Shown here: one piece after another, positions 55,967-64,000 of the stretch
How the letters are laid out: every line of letters starts with the position of its first letter
Position numbering within the stretch: the stretch's first letter is position 1
DNA from: Thermoplasmata archaeon
GTDB lineage: Archaea; Thermoplasmatota; Thermoplasmata; Lutacidiplasmatales; UBA184
Assembly (NCBI GenBank): GCA_035297125.1
Contig: DATGZQ010000019.1
Span: forward strand, 12,940-76,939
Length of the DNA stretch: 64,000 nt
Direction: 5' to 3'
The notes under the pieces: generated by a model
Seen by the model: only the letters and a program-made list of their open reading frames with translations
Database searches by the model: none
What the model was told of the DNA's origin: nothing
Position numbers and translations under genes: made by a program

Positions 55967-57460
55967 ATGGACCGGCCGATGCTGATCGGGGGCGAGTGGG
56001 TCCCGGCGTCGAACGAAGCGACGATGCCCGTGGTGAGCCCGTACGACGGTGCGCCGCTCGGTACCGTTCCGCGGGGTTCCCGCTCGGACGCGCGGGCCGC
56101 AATCGATGCCGCGCGAGAGGCGTTCGACAAGGGGCCGTGGCCTCGCCTCCCCCCGCGGGCCCGCGCCGAAGTGTTCCTGAAGGTCTCCCAGCTTCTGACC
56201 CAGCGACTCTCCGAGCTCGCGGAGCTCGAGAGCCGGAACCAGGGAAAGACGATCAAGCAGGCGGCGGACGCCGACCTGCCGTTCTGCGCCGACAACCTCG
56301 CGTTCTATGCCGGCGCGGGGCGGATGCTCGAGGGCCGTAGCGCCGGCGAGTTCACGGGAGAGGGGACGACGATATTCCGGCGCGAGCCGGTCGGCGTCGT
56401 GGCGTCGATCACGCCGTGGAACTACCCGATCATGATGGCCGTCTGGAAGGTCGCTCCCGCGCTCGTCGTCGGGAACACTGTCGTGCTCAAACCGGCGAGC
56501 TGGACCCCGCTCACAAGTCTCGAGCTCGGCCGAGCTTTCCAGGACGCAGGGCTCCCCGCCGGGGCGCTGAACGTGGTGACTGGGCCCGGGGCCGAGGTCG
56601 GCGACGAGCTGACCCGCAACCCGGCGGTCGATATGGTCTCGCTGACCGGGGACACCGCGACGGGCCGCAAGATCATGGAAGCCGCGAGCCAGACCGTGAA
56701 GCGGGTCCAGCTGGAGCTCGGCGGGAAGGCTCCGTTCGTCGTCTTCCCCGACGCCGACATCGGGGCCGCCGTCGAGGGCGCGATTGTCGGCGGGTTCGTG
56801 AACGGGGGTCAGGATTGTACGGCGGCCACCCGCCTGATCGTGCACACCAAGGTGAGGGTCCGGTTCGTGGAGAGGCTGCTGAAGAGGATCCGGACCATCC
56901 GGGTCGGGGATCCCCTCTCCCGGAAGACCGACCTCGGCCCGCTCGTGAGCCGAGTCCACCAGAAGAAGGTCCTCGGGTTCGTGGCCAAGGGGAAGAGCGA
57001 GGGCGCCAGACTCCGCATCGGGGGCACGGACGGGGGCCGGGAGCATCGCGCGGGCGCCTTCGTCCTTCCCACGGTGTTCGACTCAGTCGCCCCGAACATG
57101 GCGATCGCCCAACGGGAGATCTTCGGGCCGGTCCTCTGCGTCCTCGAGTTCTCCACGTTCGACGAGGCGATGGAGATCGCCAACGGGGTCGCCTACGGCC
57201 TCGCGGGAAGCGTCTGGACGAGGGACGTGCGGACCGCGATCCGCGCGGCCCACGCCCTCCGGTTCGGGGACGTATGGGTCAACGACCACCTGCCGCTCGG
57301 CTCGGAGACCCCGCACGGTGGAGTAAAACAGTCCGGGTTCGGAAAGGACCTCGGCGCGGACTCGCTGAACGACTACACCGTCGTGAAGAACATCTACGTC
57401 GATCTCACCGGTCAGGCCCGGAAGAGCTGGCACTACACCGTCTACGGGGACCCAGCCTAG
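55967..57460 (+). CDS. NAD(P)-dependent aldehyde dehydrogenase
   Basis: 497 aa. ELGGKAP and the catalytic-Cys context GQDCTAATR. Confidence 0.8.
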   Translation: MDRPMLIGGEWVPASNEATMPVVSPYDGAPLGTVPRGSRSDARAAIDAAREAFDKGPWPRLPPRARAEVFLKVSQLLTQRLSELAELESRNQGKTIKQAADADLPFCADNLAFYAGAGRMLEGRSAGEFTGEGTTIFRREPVGVVASITPWNYPIMMAVWKVAPALVVGNTVVLKPASWTPLTSLELGRAFQDAGLPAGALNVVTGPGAEVGDELTRNPAVDMVSLTGDTATGRKIMEAASQTVKRVQLELGGKAPFVVFPDADIGAAVEGAIVGGFVNGGQDCTAATRLIVHTKVRVRFVERLLKRIRTIRVGDPLSRKTDLGPLVSRVHQKKVLGFVAKGKSEGARLRIGGTDGGREHRAGAFVLPTVFDSVAPNMAIAQREIFGPVLCVLEFSTFDEAMEIANGVAYGLAGSVWTRDVRTAIRAAHALRFGDVWVNDHLPLGSETPHGGVKQSGFGKDLGADSLNDYTVVKNIYVDLTGQARKSWHYTVYGDPA

Positions 57461-57468
57461 GGACACCG

Positions 57469-58953
57469 GTGATCGAAGGGATACCGCCGGGCGGCCGGGG
57501 CGCCCTGTTCATCGGCGGGACCTGGAGGCCGCCCTCCGGCGGTCGGTACAGCCCTGTCGTAGACCCGTCGACAGGCCTCGCGCTGGGCGAAGCTCCCGTG
57601 GCGACCGTCGAGGATTCCCGGGCCGCGGTGGACAGCGCGGCGGAGAACGAAGAGCGCTGGGCACGCGTGCCGGGGCACGAGCGGGCCCGCATCCTCCGGA
57701 GTGGTGCGGACCGCCTCGCGGCCGACCGTGAGACGATGGCTCGGCTGATCGCCTCGGAGGTCGGAAAGCCGATCACCGATGCGCGGGTAGAGGTCGACCG
57801 CGCCGTCGGGGTCTACCGGCTCGCGGCCGAGGAGATCCGCCAGCTCGGAGGCGAGAGCTTTCCGGCGGACGCCTACGAGCGGCCCGCCGGCAACGAGCAC
57901 CGGTTCCTCTTCACGGTCCGGGACCCGATCGGCGTCGTCGTCGCGATCGGGCCGTTCAACTTTCCGTTGAACCTACTCTCCCACAAGGTCGCGCCGGCCC
58001 TCGCGGCCGGCAATCCGGTCGTCGTCAAGCCGACCAGCGCCGCCCCGTTCACAGCCCTGCGGCTGGCCGAGCACCTTTCGGCGGCAGGGATCCCGCCGGG
58101 CGTGCTCAATGTCATAGTCGGCCCGGGGGATTCCGTCGGGGACGCCCTCGTCGAGCACCCGGCGACCCGTCTCGTCTCGTTCACCGGGTCGACGTCGGTC
58201 GGGAAGCGGATCGCCGAGCGCGCGGGCCGGCACGCCAAGAGGGTGATCCTCGAGATGGGGGGTCTCGACCCCTTGGTTGTCCTCGAGGATGCGCCGCTCG
58301 ACGTTGTCGTGGCCGCGACGGTGCGGGGAACGTTCGGCTACTCCGGACAGGTCTGCACCGCCTCGAAGCGTCTCTTGGTCCACGAATCGATCGCCGATGC
58401 GTTCGGCCGGGCCCTGGCGGAGCGCGCGCGCTCCCTGAGGGTCGGCCCGGCGCTCGACGAAGCGACCGAGGTCGGACCCGTGATCGACGGTGCCTCCGTC
58501 GCGCGGCTGGAACGGCTGGTCGAGGAGGCCCGGGGACGCTCGGCGTCCGTGCTCGCGGGTGGGGGCCGGGTGTCGATAGGCGGCGGCAGCTTCTACGCCC
58601 CGACGGTGCTCGACCACGTTCCGGAGAACGCTCTCGTCGTTCGTGAGGAGCCGTTCGGCCCGATCGCCCCGATCCTGCGGTTCTCCGCCGTCGACGACGC
58701 GGTCCGCATCGCGAACGCAACCCCCTACGGTCTCCAGGCGGCCGTCTACACCAAGGACCTCTCCCGCGGCCTTGCGCTCGCGAAGCGCATCCGAGCCGGC
58801 GGAGTGCACCTCAACGACCCGACCAACCTGCGCTGGGACGCGCTGCCGTTCGGCGGGGTTCGGGAGAGCGGACTCGGACGGGAGGGACTGCGCTACGCCA
58901 TGCAGGAGATGACCGAGGTCAAGCTGATCTCGATCAACTACGCGGGATCATAA
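57469..58953 (+). CDS. NAD(P)-dependent aldehyde dehydrogenase (second paralogue)
   Basis: GTG at 57469 gives VIEGIPPGG...LFIGGTWRP. EMGGLDP and the catalytic-Cys context GQVCTASKR. Confidence 0.8.
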   Translation: MIEGIPPGGRGALFIGGTWRPPSGGRYSPVVDPSTGLALGEAPVATVEDSRAAVDSAAENEERWARVPGHERARILRSGADRLAADRETMARLIASEVGKPITDARVEVDRAVGVYRLAAEEIRQLGGESFPADAYERPAGNEHRFLFTVRDPIGVVVAIGPFNFPLNLLSHKVAPALAAGNPVVVKPTSAAPFTALRLAEHLSAAGIPPGVLNVIVGPGDSVGDALVEHPATRLVSFTGSTSVGKRIAERAGRHAKRVILEMGGLDPLVVLEDAPLDVVVAATVRGTFGYSGQVCTASKRLLVHESIADAFGRALAERARSLRVGPALDEATEVGPVIDGASVARLERLVEEARGRSASVLAGGGRVSIGGGSFYAPTVLDHVPENALVVREEPFGPIAPILRFSAVDDAVRIANATPYGLQAAVYTKDLSRGLALAKRIRAGGVHLNDPTNLRWDALPFGGVRESGLGREGLRYAMQEMTEVKLISINYAGS

Positions 58954-58968
58954 CGAGCCCGCCGGCCG

Positions 58969-60465
58969 TCAGTCCGTGAGCGTGGGGTTGGGAACGGACG
59001 GAATCCGGGGAGGGGGCACCGCATGCTCCGGGGGGAGGAGGAGCTCGCGGGGGGTCGCGGGAGGGTGTGGTCCCACTGACCGAGCCATCTCGGGGCCCGA
59101 ATCCAGGCTCTCAATCGACTCTTCGAACGCCGCCAGGCCGCGCTCGAGGAGCTCGTCCTCGATCACGAGCGGGGCCATGAACCGAAGGACCTGGTCCCAG
59201 CTTCCGGAGGTGTGCATGAGGACGCCCCGGGCGAGCAACGCCGAACGCATCGCCTTCGCCCGCTCGCCCCACGGCCGGCGACTGGCGCGGTCGTGGACGA
59301 ACTCGGTGCCGATCATGAACCCCTTGCCGCGGACGTCGCCGATCGTGGGGTGGCGTTCCGAGATTGCTTGCAATCGCGCCACGATGCGGGGCCCGCGGTG
59401 GCGGGTCCGCTCGAGCAGGTCGCCCTCCTGGAGGACCCGGAGCGTCTCCGCTCCCACCGCGAGCGCGAGCGCGTTCCCCCGGTACGTTCCGAGGTGGAAG
59501 CCGCGCGGAAGTTCCTTCACGAGGTCGGACCGGTAGGCGACCAGGGACAGCGGTAGCCCTCCGCCGATCGTCTTCGCGATGCAGAGGATGTCGGGCGTTA
59601 CGCTCGAGTGCTCGACCGCCCACATCCGGCCGGTCCGGCCGAGCCCGGTCTGGACCTCGTCGGCGATGAGGAGGATCCCATGGCGGTCGCAGAACTCGCG
59701 CAGGGACGGAAGGAAATCGTCGGGAGGGACGACGTAGCCTCCCTCGCCGAGGATCGGTTCGACCAGGACCGAGGAGATCGAGTCGACACCCGAATGCGGG
59801 TCGTTCACGAGGTGCTCGAGGTAGGCGATCGTGCCCGCGGCCCCCTGGTCGGCCCCGAGGACGGGGCGATACGGGTCGGGGTACGGGACCCGGACCACCG
59901 TGCCTCCGTGGAACGAGCTTGTGGTGTGGTACCGCCGGCCGCTCGTGAGGTTGACCACGCCCCCGTGGACCCCGTGGTAGGCGCCCGAGAACGCTACGGT
60001 ACCGTTCCTGCGCTGGGCGAAGTCCGCGAGGCTGACGGCAGTCTCGACCGCGTCCCCGCCGGTGACGGTGAAGAGGATCTTGGCATGATGCTTGAGATTG
60101 CCCGGCAGGGCATTGTCGAGCTCCTGAAGGAATCGGACCCGCGCCTCAGTCGGAAGCTCGAGGGCGTGCCACATCTGGCCCGCCTGAGCCGCCAGGGCGG
60201 CCATGAGCCGAGGGTGACAGTGCCCCAGGTTGAGAACCGAGATCCCTCCCACCCAATCGATGAACCGGTTGCCGTCAACGTCCTCGATCGTCGCACCTTT
60301 CGCGATCTTCGGGGCGATAGGAAAGTAGTGAGGGTAGGCGACCGCGTCCGTCTCGAGACGGGCTTGTTCCCCGAGCAGCTCCCGCGATCGCGGCCCCGGC
60401 GGCGGGACCACGATGCGCGGCGCGTCGGGAAAGCTAAGCCAGTCGGAGGTACGCGTCATCGCCAC
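58969..60465 (-). CDS. class III PLP aminotransferase (4-aminobutyrate/omega-amino acid type)
   Basis: 498 aa. ISVLNLGHCHP and PLP-Lys context DILCIAKTIGGGLPLSLV. Confidence 0.8.
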   Translation of the reverse strand: MAMTRTSDWLSFPDAPRIVVPPPGPRSRELLGEQARLETDAVAYPHYFPIAPKIAKGATIEDVDGNRFIDWVGGISVLNLGHCHPRLMAALAAQAGQMWHALELPTEARVRFLQELDNALPGNLKHHAKILFTVTGGDAVETAVSLADFAQRRNGTVAFSGAYHGVHGGVVNLTSGRRYHTTSSFHGGTVVRVPYPDPYRPVLGADQGAAGTIAYLEHLVNDPHSGVDSISSVLVEPILGEGGYVVPPDDFLPSLREFCDRHGILLIADEVQTGLGRTGRMWAVEHSSVTPDILCIAKTIGGGLPLSLVAYRSDLVKELPRGFHLGTYRGNALALAVGAETLRVLQEGDLLERTRHRGPRIVARLQAISERHPTIGDVRGKGFMIGTEFVHDRASRRPWGERAKAMRSALLARGVLMHTSGSWDQVLRFMAPLVIEDELLERGLAAFEESIESLDSGPEMARSVGPHPPATPRELLLPPEHAVPPPRIPSVPNPTLTD

Positions 60466-60589
60466 CGTTACCGGAACCGGCGAGGGCCCATATCAACCTG
60501 CCCGGGGACCGCCGATGCGTGACGCGATTCCCTGATAGGGTCGACCGGACAACCACGACTCCGCGCGGGCGCGGAGGAGGGTCCGAGGG

Positions 60590-60865
60590 TCAGCTCTTCT
60601 GGAGCCAGCCGGCCAGCGGCAACAGGCTGCGATAGAGTGAGATGCCCGGTTCCGTGAGCGCATACGCCCTGACGGGTCCTTTCGACCCTTCTACCTGGAC
60701 TCGATGAATCAGTCGAGCTCGCTCGAGCGAGCGCAAGGTAGAGGTCAACGTCGCCGGGCTGACCCCCGAGAGGCACTTTTGAATCGGCCCGAAACGGACC
60801 GTTCCGTACTTCCCAGGGAGCGAGACGACGCAGACGGCCCGCTTCTTCCCCACCACGTCGATCAA
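60590..60865 (-). CDS. HxlR-family transcriptional regulator, apparently N-terminally truncated
   Basis: The 91-aa core VVSLPGKYGTVRFGPIQKCLSGVSPATLTSTLRSLERARLIHR...RAYALTEPG matches HxlR. The conserved N-terminal ECPCPPIGL is encoded in-frame immediately upstream of the TTG start, but no canonical start codon precedes it. Confidence 0.5.
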   Translation of the reverse strand: MIDVVGKKRAVCVVSLPGKYGTVRFGPIQKCLSGVSPATLTSTLRSLERARLIHRVQVEGSKGPVRAYALTEPGISLYRSLLPLAGWLQKS

Positions 60866-61327
60866 CCCAATCGGGGGGCACGGACACTCGAGGTCGTCTT
60901 CACGGCTGCCCTCGTCGTGGGCCTGCTCGTCCTGGCCGACCTCGGAGAAGGCCTCCGCCAGTGGCGGATCCTCCTTCCTCCCTGGTCGTGGGACTCTCGA
61001 CGTACCTGATCGGGCCGTGGACGGGAAGTTCGCTCAACCCTGCGCGGACGCTCGCGCCGGCGATCCTCTCGGGGACGTACACCGATCTTTGGGTCTACCT
61101 GACCGCCGTCCCGCTCGGCGCCCTTGTCGCGGCCGCGGCATGGAGACCCAAGGCCGTGGACCGGCTGGACGGCGGGCCAGGTCGCCTCGAAACGTCGAGC
61201 TAGAGCATCGGTCCCGCCAAGCCGCGGAATCGCCTGAGGGCATGGGAATCTCGTCCGTGGGAAACCCGGAACGTGGTTATTCCCGCGTAGTCCGAGGGAT
61301 TAAGCGCGCAAGAGAGTTCGTGGCTAC

Positions 61328-62206
61328 GTGGGAGAGCCTCCCCTCCGCACCGGACGAGTCGACTCGCACATCCACCTGAGCCGATGGTGGCCGCGCATCG
61401 CGGAGACGGCCTATCGGCCAGGCCTCGATTACTCGGTCGCCGGGCTCCTGCAAGAGATGGACCGGGACGGGATCGAGTTCGCGCTGGCCATCCAGATCTT
61501 CCAGGCGCCGTCGTGCAAGGACGCGCTCACAGAGGGCCGAGGTTCGTTCATCGCGAGCGGAGGGCGCCTCCTCCCGGTGGCCACTCTCGACCCTACGCGA
61601 GGCGGACCGGCGATGACCGAGGACCTCGAGGCGATCGACTCCGAACCCGAGATCGCGGCCATCAAGCTCTTCCCGGGATACCTCTCGTTCTACCCTACCG
61701 ACCCCCGGCTCGACCCGATCTATGAGTACGCTCGGGAGCGGGGACTGCCGGTCCTGTTCCACCAGGGCGACACGCTCGAGGGGCGCGGGTTGCTCAAGTT
61801 CGCGAGGCCGGTGGAGGTCGACGAGGTCGCGGGCCGCTTCCGGGATGTCCGGTTCGTGCTCTGCCACCTCGGAAACCCCTGGATCGATGAGGCTGCTGAG
61901 GTCGTGTACAAGAACCCGAACGTCTACGCGGACACTTCCGGCCTCCTAGGCCCTCCGTCAGCGCCCTACTTTGCCCGCTCGCTCGAGCTGTGCCGCGAGC
62001 GGCTGATGAACGTCATCCTCACGGTCGGCTCGCCGGAACGTATCCTCTACGGGTCCGACTGGCCCCTAGAGGAGCTCCGTACCGCAGTGGACCTCATCGA
62101 TCGGCTCGACCTGCCCGACAAGGACAAGGCCGCCATCCTAGGGGGCAACGCTCGCCATCTCTTTGGGCTCCCCGAACGGCGGGGCTCGGTCGCCGTCCCG
62201 CCATAA
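61328..62206 (+). CDS. amidohydrolase-2 family TIM-barrel metal-dependent hydrolase
   Basis: 292 aa. Metal-ligand segments DSHIHLS, CHLGNPW and GSDWPL. Confidence 0.65.
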   Translation: MGEPPLRTGRVDSHIHLSRWWPRIAETAYRPGLDYSVAGLLQEMDRDGIEFALAIQIFQAPSCKDALTEGRGSFIASGGRLLPVATLDPTRGGPAMTEDLEAIDSEPEIAAIKLFPGYLSFYPTDPRLDPIYEYARERGLPVLFHQGDTLEGRGLLKFARPVEVDEVAGRFRDVRFVLCHLGNPWIDEAAEVVYKNPNVYADTSGLLGPPSAPYFARSLELCRERLMNVILTVGSPERILYGSDWPLEELRTAVDLIDRLDLPDKDKAAILGGNARHLFGLPERRGSVAVPP

Positions 62207-62290
62207 GTCTCCAATCGGTCGTCGCCCACGCCGGAGCCTCCGCGGCGTTTTGTAGCGACCCCGGTTCGGGTCGCTCGCGACAGTGCCCCC

Positions 62291-63685
62291 TTGGTCGGGG
62301 GTCGCGGGAGACTTGCGATGGATCTTCGAATCGAATCGGCATACGCGGAGTACCGGCGTCGAACGCCGCGCTCCGCGGAGCTGTTCGCGCGGGCTCGGAC
62401 GTGGACCCCCGTCGGGGTCCACTCCAACTACCGGTTCCTGGACCCGTATCCGTTCTACGTGAAGCGCGCCCACGGGGTCACGCTTCAGGACGCGGACGGG
62501 AATGACTACCTCGACTTCAACATGGCCTACGGCTGCCTTCAGAGCGGGCACGCGCATCCCAAACTCGTGGAGGCTCTCAGCCGCCAGCTCGGACAGGGGA
62601 GCGTCTACGGCTACGAGTGGGAGCGAACGCCGGAGGCGGCCGAGCGGGTCTGTCGACGGTTTGGCATGGCGCAGGTCCGGTTCAGCACCACGGGCCTCGA
62701 GGCGACGCACCACGCGATGCGATTCGCCCGGGCCTACACGAAGAAGCGGTACGTGCTCAAGTTCGAGGGTTCGTACCACGGCTCTCACGACACGCTACTG
62801 GTCGGGGTGAAACCGCGGCTCGAGGTCGCCGGCGCTCCGGAACATCCGAACTCTGTGCCGGCCTCACCGGGGATTCCGCCCGAAACGTACGGCCGTACGC
62901 TCGTCGCCCCGTTCAACAACCTCGAGGCGACCCGGAAGATCGCGCTCGAGCACCGCGACGACCTCGCGGCGATCATCGCAGAGCCGATCCCGATGAACAT
63001 GGGGTTCATCCTGCCGGAGAAGGGATTCTTCCCCGGGCTGCGGGAGCTCTGCGACGAACTCGGGGCCCTCCTCGTCCTCGACGAGATCAAGACCGGGGCC
63101 AAGTACCCCGGGGGCGGCGCCGCTCGGGTGGGGGTCCGCCCGGACATCGTTACGCTAGGAAAATCGATCGCCTGCGGCATCCCGCTTTCGGCGGTTGCTA
63201 CAGGTCCGGGGATACTCGACGAGGTCGGTCCGCGGAAGGTCGCCCACGCGGGGACCTACAACTCGAACCCCCTGGCCGTGACCGCGTGCCTCGCCTCGCT
63301 CGAGCACATCCTCACCAACGAGAACCTGGAGCGGTCGGCCGCGCTCTGCGCTCGTCTCGCCCGGGGGTACACCGAGGTCTTCCGGGGTGCAGGCGTGACC
63401 GCGGTCGTGGCGGCCGATGGTGTTTCGGGGTCGGTCTACTTCACGGACCACCCGGTCCGCAACTGGAGGGATTTCCTCACGATCGACGGGGACCGCTCGA
63501 TGCTGTACTACTATCTGTGTCTCAACCAAGGCCTGATCCCATCGGGAACCGGCCCGGACGAACAGTGGACCATCTCCGTCCAGCACACCGTCGCCGACGT
63601 CGACCACCACATCGAAATCCTCGCCCGGGTCGCAGATCGGCTGGCCGGTGCTCCCCGGGCGGGCGAGATCGAAGAATCGGTGTGA
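62291..63685 (+). CDS. class III (GSA-aminomutase-like) PLP aminotransferase
   Basis: 464 aa. MAYGCLQSGHAHP and PLP-Lys context TLGKSIACGIPLSAV. Confidence 0.8.
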   Translation: MVGGRGRLAMDLRIESAYAEYRRRTPRSAELFARARTWTPVGVHSNYRFLDPYPFYVKRAHGVTLQDADGNDYLDFNMAYGCLQSGHAHPKLVEALSRQLGQGSVYGYEWERTPEAAERVCRRFGMAQVRFSTTGLEATHHAMRFARAYTKKRYVLKFEGSYHGSHDTLLVGVKPRLEVAGAPEHPNSVPASPGIPPETYGRTLVAPFNNLEATRKIALEHRDDLAAIIAEPIPMNMGFILPEKGFFPGLRELCDELGALLVLDEIKTGAKYPGGGAARVGVRPDIVTLGKSIACGIPLSAVATGPGILDEVGPRKVAHAGTYNSNPLAVTACLASLEHILTNENLERSAALCARLARGYTEVFRGAGVTAVVAADGVSGSVYFTDHPVRNWRDFLTIDGDRSMLYYYLCLNQGLIPSGTGPDEQWTISVQHTVADVDHHIEILARVADRLAGAPRAGEIEESV

Positions 63686-63740
63686 TCTTGGCAGGCGTAG
63701 GCCTCGGAAAGGGGTGGAATCACCCCCGCGGACGGTACGC

Positions 63741-63980
63741 CTAGCGTTGGCGGGTAATCTTTGCCACCTGGGCCGCGAGGTCCGAGGGAAGCAGGTTGAG
63801 GAGGCTCATTTCCGCCTGAGGCCCGGGTTTCGCCGTTCCGGCTTGGGCTCCGAACCAGAAGCACGTCTGGAGGGCGCGGGGAATCGCCTCCGCGTCGCCG
63901 GTGTCACGCAGCGTCCGCGCCATGTCCCTCCAACGTTCTCGGACGTCCTCCGATGATTTTTCCCAGAGATCGAGCGCCAT
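63741..63980 (-). CDS. hypothetical small protein
   Basis: 79 aa, plausible composition (MALDLWEKSSEDVRERWRDMARTLRD...), no motifs. Confidence 0.25.
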   Translation of the reverse strand: MALDLWEKSSEDVRERWRDMARTLRDTGDAEAIPRALQTCFWFGAQAGTAKPGPQAEMSLLNLLPSDLAAQVAKITRQR

Positions 63981-64000
63981 ACCCGGTTGAGCCCCTTCCG

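Noticed and set aside
1-64000. CRISPR array, rRNA, integrase/transposase, prophage
   Set aside because: No tandem 25-40-nt direct repeats with unique spacers were seen. There are no rRNA-like conserved stretches and no recombinase or transposase motifs. The Cas4-like gene is solo.

Overview
High-GC (about 70%) archaeal chromosomal segment, read as archaeal from RadA, the L7Ae-S28e-L24e block, an archaeal type-2 methionine aminopeptidase, a candidate SRP RNA and TATA-box promoters 20-35 bp upstream of start codons (leaderless mRNAs). The window is mostly core metabolism and information processing. It carries RadA, PurC, a malic enzyme, a split MetE, an ndk-yrdC-map operon, three ribosomal protein genes, TyrRS, SHMT, an lrp-glnA pair and one tRNA-Leu(CAG). 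A proline/amino-acid catabolic block holds two sarcosine-oxidase/L-proline-dehydrogenase-like alpha/beta flavoenzyme pairs, P5C dehydrogenase and a PhoU-like regulator. A second catabolic island holds a peptide-type ABC importer, two aldehyde dehydrogenases, three class-III aminotransferases and two amidohydrolases. The most unusual items are: (1) a Cas4-family 4-Cys nuclease interrupted by a two-helix membrane hairpin and a frame break, wedged between rpl24e and ndk; (2) an 839-aa FtsK/HerA-superfamily ATPase with C-terminal wHTH and nuclease-like domains, coupled to a small Pro-rich ORF and flanked by about 0.7 kb of ORF-less DNA and an HxlR regulator; (3) a 757-aa KaiC/RecA-fold protein with HhH, a long coiled coil and a degenerate Walker A. 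No CRISPR array, rRNA, integrase or transposase was seen. The very GC-rich sequence produces many long spurious antisense ORFs, which were discounted. Where I chose a start different from the ORF track, coordinates are hand-derived and may be off by a few nucleotides.
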